From positions 3,032,962 through 3,096,961 of the forward strand of contig OZ244071.1 in the NCBI GenBank assembly GCA_965215555.1: 64,000 nucleotides of DNA, in the 5' to 3' direction. Positions 48,239 to 58,397 of the stretch are shown here, piece after piece. The position numbers and the translations under genes were made by a program. The notes under the pieces are model-generated. The model was given only the letters and a program-made list of their open reading frames with translations, was not told the origin of the DNA and ran no database searches. This DNA is from Dehalococcoidia bacterium. Its GTDB lineage: Bacteria; Chloroflexota; Dehalococcoidia; Bin125. Each line of letters begins with the position of its first letter. Position 1 is the stretch's first letter.

Positions 48239-50866
48239 TCAGCCTGTGGCTGGCGTCACTTCCACGGCAGCCAACCGATCGGCGTCCACCGCTTGCAGGG
48301 CCTGCACAGCTCCGGCGTCGTGAAGCGCCGAGGCCCAAACTGCGCCGACTGGCACGTCTTCGGTGATCTCGGCGGGCAGAATGAGCTGGGCGTTGTTGGC
48401 GGCAATGCTGACCGCTGCGCCCTCCTCGATGCCACGTGCGGCGGCGTCGGCTGGATTGATCTGCAGGCCATCGGCGCGATGCAGGAGGTCGGCGTTGACA
48501 TCTCCGCGGGAGGCGGTCAAGCGGTCGGTGTAGAGGTCGCGGCCGGTGAGCAGGGTCAACGAACTGTCGCTATTGCTCGCGCCGGACTGTGGGACGCTGA
48601 GGAATCGCTGCGTTGCTGCGCCGTTGATTGGCATGCGAGTTTGTGTTGCGCCTGGTTCGGCGAGCACCGAGTAGCGGCTGTCGAGCGCTGTGAGCGCCGT
48701 TCGAGCTTGCTGTAGGTCTTGAGGCTGCGCCGGCGCCGGAATCGGATCGCCCGGTTCACCGTCCTCGGTTGTGGTCGGCGTGTCGACAGCAGGCAGATGC
48801 TCGGCCATCGCAGCCAACCAGAGTCCCAGCTTGCGCGCGTTGCGCTGGTCAACCGTTGCCGTCCTGAGCCGCAGGATCTGGCGGTCGGCATTAGTGATGT
48901 GTCCGTCCTTGCCAAACGAGGACACGTCGGGCAGCACGTGAGTCGCGCGCTCGACGGTCTCCGTGGCGACTTCGTCGAACACGATCAGGGCGTCGAGGTT
49001 CTCGAGCGCGGCAATGGTTGCGGCGCGATCCGGGTGCAGCAGCACCGGATTGTCGCGAGCGACGAGCATTGCCTTGAGCGATCCCTCGCGGGCCGCAGCC
49101 AGCATGCCGGCAGTATCGAGTCCGTCCTCACCGGGCACGACGCCCAGGTCGCGCAGGCCGACCGAGTTGGACTCAGGTGGCAGAACGTGAAGCGCAGCCG
49201 GCGCGGCTTCGGGGCCAGCCAGCGCGATGGCGAGGTTGGCTGCAGCACGGACCTGTGCGCTCGCCTGAGCGGCGTTGGAGCGCGACGGCGCCACGATGAC
49301 TGCGACCGAACCGCCGCGTCGGCGCAGGATCGTGGCTGCAGCGGTATCGGCGCCGTCGGCGCTGCCGCTGACATCGCTTAGACCGTCCACGCCGGAGAGT
49401 CCGGTGCGAACGTCAAGGTCCTTGACGACGGCTGTGGCCAGCGCCTGTGCGACGCCGGCGAGGTCGCCGTTGGCCGGATGGATCGCGTGCGCTTCGTCGA
49501 CGGCATAGTCGGCCAGTGGATTGTGTCTCGAAGAGATGCTGACCAGCGAAGCACCGTTGTTGGCGACGGCGTCCTTGATCCGTACGCCCAGGACATTGTT
49601 GGAGGAGGAGATGTCATCGCCAATCGCGATGATCAGGTCGGCAGTCTCGACGGTCGTGAGTCGAGAAGGCAGGTGCTCGGACCCGAAGGCGTCGTTCAGG
49701 GCGTCGCCAATGGCGGACGTGATGGCGCCCAGCGATGAATCGAGGTTGGTCACGCCAAGCCGGGTGGCCAGCGTCTTGAGCGCGAACAGCTCTTCCAAGG
49801 TCATCTGGCCGGAGCCGAGGATGCCGACAGCCGAAGGACCGTGCTCAGCGATGATCGCAGCCAGCGCAGCGGCGGCGTGTTCGGCGACTGCGTCGCTATC
49901 TTGCTCGAATGCGTCTTCGCCGCGTCCGATGGTGGCTGCGCGCAACCGATCCTTGTCTCGGGTCTGGTCATACCCGAAGCGTCCGCGGACGCAAATCTGT
50001 GAACGGGAGACATCGTTGCCGTTGCCAGGCCGGACCTGGACGCCGCGTCCGTCGCGGACGCCCATCTGGATTGTGCAGCCCATCGAGCACTCGGTGCAGG
50101 TCGTGGTCACCCATTTGTCGGGTCGCGCGACCCACTTGTTCGGCGCTTCCATCAACGTCGCGGTTGGGCAGACATCGACGCATGAGCCGCAGAAGTCGCA
50201 GTTGGACTCGTCAATCTGTCCGCCGGCGCCGAAGGCGATACGGGTCGAGAATCCGCGACCGGCCAGCGTGATCGCTGTGGTGTGACGTAGGTCATCGCAG
50301 GCACGCACGCAGCGGGTGCAGATGATGCACATCTGCGGGTCGAACTCGAAGAACGGATTGGCGCGGTCGGGCTCGGGCTGCTTCTCGCGGTAGTAGGTGC
50401 GGGCTTCGTCGATGTAGGGCTCGACGTTGGCGCGGCCGACATCGGCGGCGTCGCAGGTGGTCTGCAGTTCGCAGCGGTAGTTCTTGGAGCAGGTGACGCA
50501 GCGGTGGGTGACCTCGTTGTCGCGCAGGCAGATTTCTCCGGTGCGGCAATGCTCGATGCGGTGACAGGTGAGGCAGCGGTCGGAATGGTTGGCGAGGATG
50601 ACGGCCAGGACTTCCTGCCGCATCTCGGTGACTTCCGGCGTATCGGTGCGGACGACCATGCCGTCCATCACGTTGGTCGTGCAGGAGAGCGGCAGTCCGC
50701 GCATACCTTCGACCTCGACCGCGCAGGTGCGACAGCCCGCGTATGGGGGCAGTCCGTCGAGGTAGCAAAGGTTGGAAATCGGGAAGCCGGCATTCTTGAT
50801 GACCTCGACCAGCGGAGCGCCAACCTCGGCCTCGACCGAACGTCCATTGATAGTGATCGTCGCCAT
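48239..50866 (-). CDS. NuoG/FdhA-like Fe-S oxidoreductase subunit
   Basis: 2Fe-2S (CRTC), HxxxCxxC, CIICTRCVRAC, CDFCGSCVDVCP, CxxCxxGC. Confidence 0.88.
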   Translation of the reverse strand: MATITINGRSVEAEVGAPLVEVIKNAGFPISNLCYLDGLPPYAGCRTCAVEVEGMRGLPLSCTTNVMDGMVVRTDTPEVTEMRQEVLAVILANHSDRCLTCHRIEHCRTGEICLRDNEVTHRCVTCSKNYRCELQTTCDAADVGRANVEPYIDEARTYYREKQPEPDRANPFFEFDPQMCIICTRCVRACDDLRHTTAITLAGRGFSTRIAFGAGGQIDESNCDFCGSCVDVCPTATLMEAPNKWVARPDKWVTTTCTECSMGCTIQMGVRDGRGVQVRPGNGNDVSRSQICVRGRFGYDQTRDKDRLRAATIGRGEDAFEQDSDAVAEHAAAALAAIIAEHGPSAVGILGSGQMTLEELFALKTLATRLGVTNLDSSLGAITSAIGDALNDAFGSEHLPSRLTTVETADLIIAIGDDISSSNNVLGVRIKDAVANNGASLVSISSRHNPLADYAVDEAHAIHPANGDLAGVAQALATAVVKDLDVRTGLSGVDGLSDVSGSADGADTAAATILRRRGGSVAVIVAPSRSNAAQASAQVRAAANLAIALAGPEAAPAALHVLPPESNSVGLRDLGVVPGEDGLDTAGMLAAAREGSLKAMLVARDNPVLLHPDRAATIAALENLDALIVFDEVATETVERATHVLPDVSSFGKDGHITNADRQILRLRTATVDQRNARKLGLWLAAMAEHLPAVDTPTTTEDGEPGDPIPAPAQPQDLQQARTALTALDSRYSVLAEPGATQTRMPINGAATQRFLSVPQSGASNSDSSLTLLTGRDLYTDRLTASRGDVNADLLHRADGLQINPADAAARGIEEGAAVSIAANNAQLILPAEITEDVPVGAVWASALHDAGAVQALQAVDADRLAAVEVTPATG

Positions 50867-50981
50867 GAAACCTCCCCCGTCACAGGCACGCTGAGCCAAC
50901 ACGCAGTCTATCAGCCGACGAGACCAACTCGGTGCCGACTCCTGGTCGAACAGGCTACGATCTGCTCAACGGAGCTAAACG

Positions 50982-51662
50982 ATGACCACAGCCGAAGCCA
51001 TCGCGACCGATCCGAACGGCGCTGAGGAACAGCTAGCGCCTTGGGAGTTACGCGATGTCTGCCTGCGCATCTCCATGCCAGTCGTCCTCAGCGATGAGCA
51101 GTTGGAACGCATCAACCAGCAGAATCCAGGTTGGAGGATAGAGCTGGGGCCAAACTCTGAACTGGAGGTGCGGACAATCGCCGGGGGCAACAGTTCGGAC
51201 ATCAGCGGCGAGCTGGGTCGGCAAGTAGCCAATTGGCGAGTCGCCGGCGGAGGCGGGCGCGTTCGCGATCCGGATGGCACGTACAAGGTCAGCCATCCCA
51301 ACCTCGGAGAGCGCACATTGGCGCCCGATTGCTCCTGGCTCAGCCCCGAACTCATCGCGTCACTCACAGCCAAGGATCGACCAAAGCGGGGCTTCTGGCG
51401 AGTGTGTCCAACATTCGAGATCGAAGTGCGGTCTCCATCCGATTCGCTCTCGGCTCAACAGCAGCGAATGGAACGCTGGCTCACATTCGGCGCCGAGCTC
51501 GGCTGGCTAGTCGACCCAATCGGACAGACCGTTTGGTTGTACCGCCCGGGCCAGGAGCCAGAAATGCTGGAGCGTCCGGCCACACTCTCCGGGGAATCCG
51601 TGCTCAACGGACTAGAGGTCGATCTGACCGAGGTCTGGGCCTTCGTCGACGAGGAAGAATAG
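50982..51662 (+). CDS. Uma2-family endonuclease
   Basis: APDCSW, CPTFEIEVRSPSD, LGWLVDP. Confidence 0.9.
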   Translation: MTTAEAIATDPNGAEEQLAPWELRDVCLRISMPVVLSDEQLERINQQNPGWRIELGPNSELEVRTIAGGNSSDISGELGRQVANWRVAGGGGRVRDPDGTYKVSHPNLGERTLAPDCSWLSPELIASLTAKDRPKRGFWRVCPTFEIEVRSPSDSLSAQQQRMERWLTFGAELGWLVDPIGQTVWLYRPGQEPEMLERPATLSGESVLNGLEVDLTEVWAFVDEEE

Positions 51663-51910
51663 GTGGAAGCCGAGCAGCGGAGATCATCTCTCCCGCCGCA
51701 CTCGCACTACGATCCGGCCTTGAGGAGGTCTTGGGCCAGCATCGGTCAATGAAGGCCAGGACCTTCGCCTGTCTTGGTGGCGGTCATGATGCGAGGCTGT
51801 TCGGACCAGCGGTGAGATGCTAATGATGGTCGATAAGACGCAACATGCTTATGGCATAGCGAAGGTTTGGACAGAGGCGTCTATGGTCGGCGCGGGGCTT
51901 TCAGGAACGT

Positions 51911-52258
51911 GAGGGTGTCTCACAAGTCAGCCTCAGTTGGATGAATCTCAGTCCCCGCTTCACGGAGGCCTTTGCATAATCGTATTCCCAATCCTTCTGA
52001 GCTCCTGTAGGGGCGACCCTTGTGGTCGCCCGCGTTGGCGATTGCATTACTGAACAGATAGGAACGGCAGAGCGGGCGACCACAAGGGTCGCCCCTACAA
52101 CCTGACCAATAGCGCACCGACCGATTTACGCGCAGGCCTCCTTCACGCGGGGACCCGCTCGGGCAGTACGGGCTATCTGGTGGTGGGTAACTTACCGGGG
52201 AAGGAGCAGGTCCCCGCGTGAAGCGGGGACTGGGAGTGCTGACTTGTGAGACACCCTC
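51911..52258. mobile_element. MITE with perfect 21-bp TIR and ACGT target duplication
   Basis: ACGT-GAGGGTGTCTCACAAGTCAGC ... GCTGACTTGTGAGACACCCTC-ACGT. Confidence 0.9.
51965..52140. mobile_element. Nested MITE with 7-bp target duplication, containing a REPIN (52007-52098)
   Basis: CTTCACG-GAGGCCTTTGCATAATC ... GATTTACGCGCAGGCCTC-CTTCACG. Confidence 0.85.
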
Positions 52259-52281
52259 ACGTGGTTCGGATTGCGAAAGAC

Positions 52282-52767
52282 CTAGTGGTGCTGACGACGT
52301 TCTGAGGGATGCACGGTCTGTTGGACCGCCTTTTGGCCGTTGGGGTAGACCCAGTCGTGCTGCTCGAGATACTCGTTGGCCAGCTCGATCAGGTCTTCCT
52401 TGTCCTTGTAGAGGTTGTTGGGGTTCGTCACCACGTTGGTGTATGAGCCGCCGACCTGGATTGCCTCATAGGGGCAGGCCTCGGTGCAGAGTCCGCAGTA
52501 CATGCAGAGGCGGAAGTCGATCTCGTAGCGGTTGACGAGGAAGGAGCCATCTTCGCGCGGCTCGGTGTCGACCAGGATGCAGCCATCAGGACAGCTCTGA
52601 GCGCAGGTCGAGCAACCAGTGCAGCGTTCGACAAACCAGACCAGGTTCGTCCGCGCACGGGGCGGGATATTGCGCTCTTCCTCGGGGAACTGGACGGTCA
52701 CGACCGGCTTGCGTACGTGCTTGAGCACGGTCATCAGTCCCTTGGCCATGCCTTTGCCGAAGACCAT
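52282..52767 (-). CDS. nuoI: NADH-quinone oxidoreductase subunit I
   Basis: VTVQFPEE, CTGCSTCAQSCP, CMYCGLCTEACP. Confidence 0.9.
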   Translation of the reverse strand: MVFGKGMAKGLMTVLKHVRKPVVTVQFPEEERNIPPRARTNLVWFVERCTGCSTCAQSCPDGCILVDTEPREDGSFLVNRYEIDFRLCMYCGLCTEACPYEAIQVGGSYTNVVTNPNNLYKDKEDLIELANEYLEQHDWVYPNGQKAVQQTVHPSERRQHH

Positions 52768-52817
52768 GTCCGCTTCCCTTCGAGTCCCCTCGGATTGCTC
52801 TGCTACACCCTAGCGGG

Positions 52818-53525
52818 CTAACGGCTGCTGTAGAAGTTCTGGTCGTGCGGGAGCGCGCCGGTGAATCTGTCGCGCGGCTGACCGTCGGCGGTCAGGAACG
52901 GCGGGAAGAGCGATTCCAGTTCGGCGCGAATCGGGTCGCCCTCGGGCAGCATCTTCGAGAAGTCACCGGTTGGCTCCGGTCGGCGCTTGCGGCCGTTGTG
53001 CGCGTGCTCGTCGTCGATCACCTGCTGCAGCAGCATCAGGCCAGCCAGCAGCGACTCAGGTCGCGGCGGGCAACCGGGCACGTAGACATCGACTGGCACC
53101 ACATTGTTGACGCCGGGCAATGTCGAGTAGCCATGTGCAAACGGTCCACCGATGTTGGAGCAGGAGCCCATCGAAATGACCCACTTGGGCTCGGCCATCT
53201 GCAGGTAGATGCGCCGAACCGGAGGCGCCATCTTCCAGGTCACCGTGCCGGCCACGATCATCAGGTCAGCCTGCCGCGGCGATGCGCGGAAGACCTCGGC
53301 TCCAAAACGCGCCAAGTCGTAGCGGGCGTTGGCTGTCGCGATCATTTCGATTGCACAGCAAGCCAGGCCAAACATGGCCGGCCAGAGCGAGGATCGTCGA
53401 GCCCAGCCAAAGACCTTGTCCACCGTCGAGACGAGCAACTGCGAGCGAAGCTCTTCTTCGACATCGGTCACGGGGTCAAGCAGAGGGATGGGAGCCCCTC
53501 CGGTGTCAATCGTCGGAAAAACCAT
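52818..53525 (-). CDS. nuoB: NADH-quinone oxidoreductase subunit B
   Basis: [34 protein letters not shown]; start uncertain. Confidence 0.93.
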   Translation of the reverse strand: MVFPTIDTGGAPIPLLDPVTDVEEELRSQLLVSTVDKVFGWARRSSLWPAMFGLACCAIEMIATANARYDLARFGAEVFRASPRQADLMIVAGTVTWKMAPPVRRIYLQMAEPKWVISMGSCSNIGGPFAHGYSTLPGVNNVVPVDVYVPGCPPRPESLLAGLMLLQQVIDDEHAHNGRKRRPEPTGDFSKMLPEGDPIRAELESLFPPFLTADGQPRDRFTGALPHDQNFYSSR

Positions 53526-53661
53526 GCCAACTCCCGTCAACGTCGGACTCAGGATACACGAGGCCGCGCCGATCTCAGTCCCGGACTTGATCGTGGACCT
53601 GCTCGGTCGCAGCACGATGGTCATTCAACGCATTCAGTCTGAGTCTCTCGAAGAACATGCC

Positions 53662-54444
53662 CTATCTCACCTGGCCCCAGAGCAGGAGTCGCTTGAATGT
53701 GTAGAGGAATGGACGTTCGTCCGGCAGTTCTGACAGCAGACGGTCTCGGTAGTCCGAGAGGAACGCTTCGTAGTCCTCTGACGACATCCGATCTCGGTAG
53801 CCAGTGAGGAGCGAGCCCTTGACCCACTCGATGACGTCTTCGGGCCCGGGCAGACGATGCAGGTAGACCTGTATCCGGATGTGTTGCTCGGCGAAGCCGA
53901 GTCTTGCGAACTGCTCGGCGTACCACTCGGGGGACTCAATGGAGTGTCGGTAGACGAAGCCGCCGAGTGCCTCGTGGTGGGGCGCTGCTTGCGCGACCTG
54001 CCGAGCGACGGCGTGCGAGGGATGGTCCTCGTTGGCGGGCATCTGCACGGCGAGTTGTCCGCCTGACTTGAGCATCGCTGCCAGCCGCGGAAACAACGAC
54101 GCATGATCGCCCACCCACTGGATTGAGGCGTTGGCGAAGACGACATCCAGATCAGTAGCCGAATACTCGGCGATGTCGCCGCGCTCGAATCGCACGCCTT
54201 CGCCTGCGTGCTGAGCGGACTTCTCCAGCATCGCCGTTGAGCGATCAATGCCGACTGTCTCAGCAGCCTGCGTCCGCTCATGCAGCACCCGAGTCAGCGC
54301 GCCGGTCCCACAGCCGAGGTCGACGGCACGACCGCCGGGAACCGGTTCGACCAGGTCCAGCAGGTCATAGAACGGTTGCTCCCGCTCTGCCTTGAAGCGG
54401 GCGTACTGATCCGGCTGCCATTCATCGCGTCGACCACTAGTCAC
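53662..54444 (-). CDS. tam: Trans-aconitate 2-methyltransferase-like SAM methyltransferase
   Basis: W.P.QY.RF..ER..P..DL, DLGCGTG, LAVQMP.N. Confidence 0.82.
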   Translation of the reverse strand: MTSGRRDEWQPDQYARFKAEREQPFYDLLDLVEPVPGGRAVDLGCGTGALTRVLHERTQAAETVGIDRSTAMLEKSAQHAGEGVRFERGDIAEYSATDLDVVFANASIQWVGDHASLFPRLAAMLKSGGQLAVQMPANEDHPSHAVARQVAQAAPHHEALGGFVYRHSIESPEWYAEQFARLGFAEQHIRIQVYLHRLPGPEDVIEWVKGSLLTGYRDRMSSEDYEAFLSDYRDRLLSELPDERPFLYTFKRLLLWGQVR

Positions 54445-54511
54445 GACGCTGAGCCTACCAACTGTGTCGTTCTAGCCTGAGCAAACCCCGAGGAGTGAAG
54501 GCCCAGACGTC

Positions 54512-55660
54512 ATGCCCGGTGACGGCACAGTTCGCCAACTCAACTGGAATGAAGCCAGGCGTCTGCGTCTCCATGCGCAGGGGGTTGGTGCGCATCGTGC
54601 GACGGATGTGCCGTCCGGCGTTCGCCTTGCTGGTGCGATTCAGGCACAGGACCGGCTTGGCTGGTTGCTGGGTGTCGGTAGCAGGACCACCGGCCTGACG
54701 GCGTCCGATGTCGACCGCGCGCGCAACGTCGATCGATCAGTCGTTCGTAACTGGTTCATGCGCGGCACGCTGCATCTGGTCCCGGCCGAAGATCACCGCT
54801 GGATGCTCAAGCTGCTCGGCGAGGCGATGGATGCCAAGGCGCTCAAGCGTCGAGCAGACCTGGGGATCACTGATGAGGATCACGCTCGAGTCCTGGATTT
54901 CTTTCGCGAGTACCTGTCTCGCCACGACCGGCTCAAGCGCACAGATGTCGCCGATGCCCTGCGCTCGGCGGATTTGCCAGTCGAAGGTCAGGCGACTCGT
55001 CATCTGCTGCGCACCGCGTCGATGCGTGGCGTGATCTGCTTCGGCGCCGACCAGGACGGCGAAGAATCTCACGTACTGATCGACCGCTGGCTGCCCAATG
55101 CAGGATCACAGCCAGCCGATCCCGGAGCGGAACTCGCGCGTCGCTACTTCGCCGCCTACGGTCCTGCGACTCCCGCCGACTTCCGCTGGTGGACTGGACT
55201 GCCTGCGGCGCAATCACGACCTGCTGTCAACGCCATCATCGATGAACTGATTGAGGTTCGGGTCGGGGACGTACCGATGTGGATGACCCTCGAAGCGGCA
55301 GAGGGCATTGACGAGGTATTGGCGGGACCGGATCACGTCCTTCGAGTGCTCGGCCCGTTCGATCCCTACCTCCTTGGCTATGCCAAGCGAGACCTTGATG
55401 TCCCGGAACACCTACTCAAGCGAATCAATGCCGGCGGTGGCATGATCCGCTCCTGCGCGCTGATCGATGGACGCCTGGTCGGCACTTGGGATCGGAAGCG
55501 CCGGGCTCGAGGGTTGTCCGTCACGCTGACCGCGTTCGAATCGCTATCGGATGACGCCCAGTCACAACTCGAAGTCGAGTTTGCCGAGATTGGCCGGTTC
55601 CTGCAAACCGAGATCAACTGGTCTCTGGCTCTGGATCGTGACGCGGCCAAATCCGGCTGA
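54512..55660 (+). CDS. AlkZ-family (HTH_42) DNA glycosylase
   Basis: IQAQD, MRGTLHLV, YGPAT..DF.WW.GL, FDPYLLGY. Confidence 0.88.
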   Translation: MPGDGTVRQLNWNEARRLRLHAQGVGAHRATDVPSGVRLAGAIQAQDRLGWLLGVGSRTTGLTASDVDRARNVDRSVVRNWFMRGTLHLVPAEDHRWMLKLLGEAMDAKALKRRADLGITDEDHARVLDFFREYLSRHDRLKRTDVADALRSADLPVEGQATRHLLRTASMRGVICFGADQDGEESHVLIDRWLPNAGSQPADPGAELARRYFAAYGPATPADFRWWTGLPAAQSRPAVNAIIDELIEVRVGDVPMWMTLEAAEGIDEVLAGPDHVLRVLGPFDPYLLGYAKRDLDVPEHLLKRINAGGGMIRSCALIDGRLVGTWDRKRRARGLSVTLTAFESLSDDAQSQLEVEFAEIGRFLQTEINWSLALDRDAAKSG

Positions 55661-56285
55661 AGTCAACCGTCAAGTCATCGGCGATTCCGGTCGCCGTCAC
55701 TGATTCCGGCCGCTCCAGCCGCTTGGGGTCTTCTTCCTCCATGTAGACCCAGACGACTTCGTTATGGGGATCAACAAGCCACCCGAGCCGAGCACCTTGC
55801 GCGATCCACATCTTCATCTTCGTCTGCACAGGCTGGAGACGATCGTTGACAGAGCGCACTTCTACCACGAAGTCCGGACAGACCGCCCATATGCCTTCGT
55901 TATCCAGCGCGATGGCCGATAGACGCTCGTCGCTGATCCAGGCCGCATCCGGAGCGCGGCGCCAACCGTTCGGTAGGCGGAAGGTGGCCGAAGGGAACAC
56001 ACGGCCACGATTGCTTGTACTGCTCCAGAACAAGATTTGCGAGGCAATCAGCAACTCTCGCTCCGCGCTCAACGGTCCCGGTGGCGGCGCCATGTACAGT
56101 CCTCCCTCGCAGTCAGCCTCCAGGTACCACTCCTCATTCAGCAATGCCAGCTCCAGCAGCTGCTCATCGGTCAATTCCCATTCAACAGGCAACTGCAACC
56201 GAAGCGGAAACGCCACGGACTTGGTTTCCATGGGTTCATCCACGGAGCCCTCAAGTGATAGCTTCGGTCGTTCAGCAGTGACCAT
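55614..56285 (-). CDS. Uma2-family endonuclease
   Basis: RAPDAAWIS, CPDFVVEVRS, LGWLVDP. Confidence 0.9.
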   Translation of the reverse strand: MVTAERPKLSLEGSVDEPMETKSVAFPLRLQLPVEWELTDEQLLELALLNEEWYLEADCEGGLYMAPPPGPLSAERELLIASQILFWSSTSNRGRVFPSATFRLPNGWRRAPDAAWISDERLSAIALDNEGIWAVCPDFVVEVRSVNDRLQPVQTKMKMWIAQGARLGWLVDPHNEVVWVYMEEEDPKRLERPESVTATGIADDLTVDFSRIWPRHDPEPETS

Positions 56286-56310
56286 TGCTCACCTCCAAGT
56301 GCCGCCGATC

Positions 56311-57474
56311 CTACACCGGCGACAACGCCCGAAGTCGCGCCGTGATTTCCTCGATCGTCTGCGCGATGCCGTCGATCTGATCATCAGTATTCGACTGGCC
56401 CAGGCTCAGGCGGAGCGTGCTGTGTGCGGTGTCAGGGTCGATCCCGATGGCGCTAAGCACATGGCTCGGTTCAGTGCTGCCCGTGCTGCAAGCGCTGCCT
56501 GACGACGCGGCGAATCCCTCAAGATCGAGTTGCAGCAGGATGCTCTCGCCCTCGACGCCGGGGAAACTGACATTCAGATTGTTGGCCAAGCGGCGCGACC
56601 AGTCGGACGGACCGTTCAGACGGATCGGATGGACGCGCTCGTTCAGCTCGCGCCACAATCGATTGCGCAACTCGGAGGTGTGGCCGGTTCGCTGCGCGCG
56701 CTCTTCCTCGGCCAGGACCAGCGCCTTCGCCAGTCCGACCGCCTGCGCCACCGACTCCGTGCCAGCGCGGCGCTCCTCTTCCTGTCCGCCGCCGAGCTGC
56801 AGCGGCTGCAACGCCGTCCGACGCCGTACGTACAATGCTCCCGCGCCTTTGGGGCCGTAGATCTTGTGCGCCGTCAGCGACATGAGATCGGCCCCCAGCG
56901 CGTCGGGGCGGATATCGACCGCGCCGGCTGCCTGCACCGCGTCGGTGTGCACGATCGTCTTGCGATTGCGTTCTTTCACCGCCTGTGAGATTTCGGCCAG
57001 CGGTTGTACCGCACCGATCTCGTTGTTGGCCAGCATGATGCTGACTACCGTCGTGTCATCGCGCACTGCCGCCGAGACCTCCTCGGGGTTGACAAAGCCG
57101 TCGCTGTCGACGCCGAGGATGGTCAGCTCAAAGCCTTCATGCTCCAGTTGCTCCATCGTGTGCAGGACCGCATGGTGCTCAGTTTGTTGGGTGATCAGAT
57201 GCCGGCCAGCATGCGCGCGAGCCAATGCCGCGCCGCGAATGGCGAGGTTGTCGGACTCGGTCCCGCCGGAGGTCAACACTACCTCGGAGTGTGAACAGCC
57301 CAGCACACCGGCGATGTCATCGCGTGCCTGGTCAAGCAGGGCGGCGGCATATTGAGCCTCGCGATAGATCCCCGAGGGATTACCCCAGCCATGTTGCAGG
57401 GCGGGAACCATCGCTTCCAGAACACGAGGGTCGAGAGGAGTAGTCGCGGCGTGGTCGAAATAGGCACGTTCCAT
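56311..57474 (-). CDS. iscS: Cysteine desulfurase
   Basis: YFDHAATTP, AHKIYGPKG, SSGSACS. Confidence 0.93.
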   Translation of the reverse strand: MERAYFDHAATTPLDPRVLEAMVPALQHGWGNPSGIYREAQYAAALLDQARDDIAGVLGCSHSEVVLTSGGTESDNLAIRGAALARAHAGRHLITQQTEHHAVLHTMEQLEHEGFELTILGVDSDGFVNPEEVSAAVRDDTTVVSIMLANNEIGAVQPLAEISQAVKERNRKTIVHTDAVQAAGAVDIRPDALGADLMSLTAHKIYGPKGAGALYVRRRTALQPLQLGGGQEEERRAGTESVAQAVGLAKALVLAEEERAQRTGHTSELRNRLWRELNERVHPIRLNGPSDWSRRLANNLNVSFPGVEGESILLQLDLEGFAASSGSACSTGSTEPSHVLSAIGIDPDTAHSTLRLSLGQSNTDDQIDGIAQTIEEITARLRALSPV

Positions 57475-57560
57475 GAGCTCAGGGTAGCGCCGCGTCCGCG
57501 TCGGCGCTCAGGCCGCGAGGGGATCAGCTGGGCTTCCAACAGACCGTGGACGCTCGATCT

Positions 57561-57731
57561 CTAGCCCGCTCCGCTGAGCACCACGCCCATCAGCGCGATC
57601 AGCAGTGCCGCCAACAGACCGAACCCCCAGAACATCACCTTCTGCAGATCATCGATCCGGCTGTTGAGCTGGTCACGCACCAGGTACAGTTCCAACAGCG
57701 TCGCCGGCCTCGATTCCTCACCCGTCGTCAT
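57561..57731 (-). CDS. Small coiled-coil protein with C-terminal TM
   Basis: AGGAG RBS; LNSRIDDL followed by hydrophobic tail. Confidence 0.6.
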   Translation of the reverse strand: MTTGEESRPATLLELYLVRDQLNSRIDDLQKVMFWGFGLLAALLIALMGVVLSGAG

Positions 57732-57925
57732 GCCACTCTCCCTGCTTCGCACATGTACTGGTGCATCTTATCCCTTCCTGATTGCTAATGGCCGTGGTCG
57801 GGCCAACCAGCCGAGACTCTGAAAGGTAGTTGCGGATGGGCGTCATTCCCCCGCGAGCCAAGATCGACCGGCGCCTCGATGCGCTACACTCAGAGTCAAA
57901 CTCGCACCGATGAGAGGACTCGCTC

Positions 57926-58309
57926 ATGGTCTTTCAGATGACTGAGATGCTTGACGTAACTGACCTGGCCGCTGAGAAGGCTAAGTCTCTGCTCGAGGAC
58001 AAAGGCTTTGCCGAGGGCGCGCTTCGCGTGTTTGTCGTCGGCGGTGGCTGCTCCGGCTACCAGTACGGCATGGCCCTGGCGATGGACGCCGAGGCTGGCG
58101 ACCAGGTCATCGAGAAGAGCGGCGTGCGCTTCCTGATCGACGAGGAATCGGCTCCGCTGATCTCCGGCTCTCGCGTTGACTACATTGACGACGTGATGAA
58201 GCAGGGTTTCTCGATTTCGAACCCGAACGCGTCGCACTCGTGCGCCTGTGGTTCGAGCTTCGACACCGCCGACGGTGGCGGCTCGTCGCAAGCCCGCTCC
58301 TGCGTCTAA
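57926..58309 (+). CDS. A-type Fe-S carrier (ErpA/IscA/HesB)
   Basis: GGGCSGYQY, NPNA..SCACGSSF. Confidence 0.93.
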   Translation: MVFQMTEMLDVTDLAAEKAKSLLEDKGFAEGALRVFVVGGGCSGYQYGMALAMDAEAGDQVIEKSGVRFLIDEESAPLISGSRVDYIDDVMKQGFSISNPNASHSCACGSSFDTADGGGSSQARSCV

Positions 58310-58397
58310 CACCAACACCACTCTCCCACTGATGCCTTCTCCCTCTGGGAGAGGGCATGGGTGAGGGCTGTCTACTTCCAGCAGATGGACGCAGCAC

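Noticed and set aside
57735-57925. SAM riboswitch upstream of the Fe-S carrier/metF genes
   Set aside because: No SAM-I core motifs could be recognised; an Infernal search would be needed.
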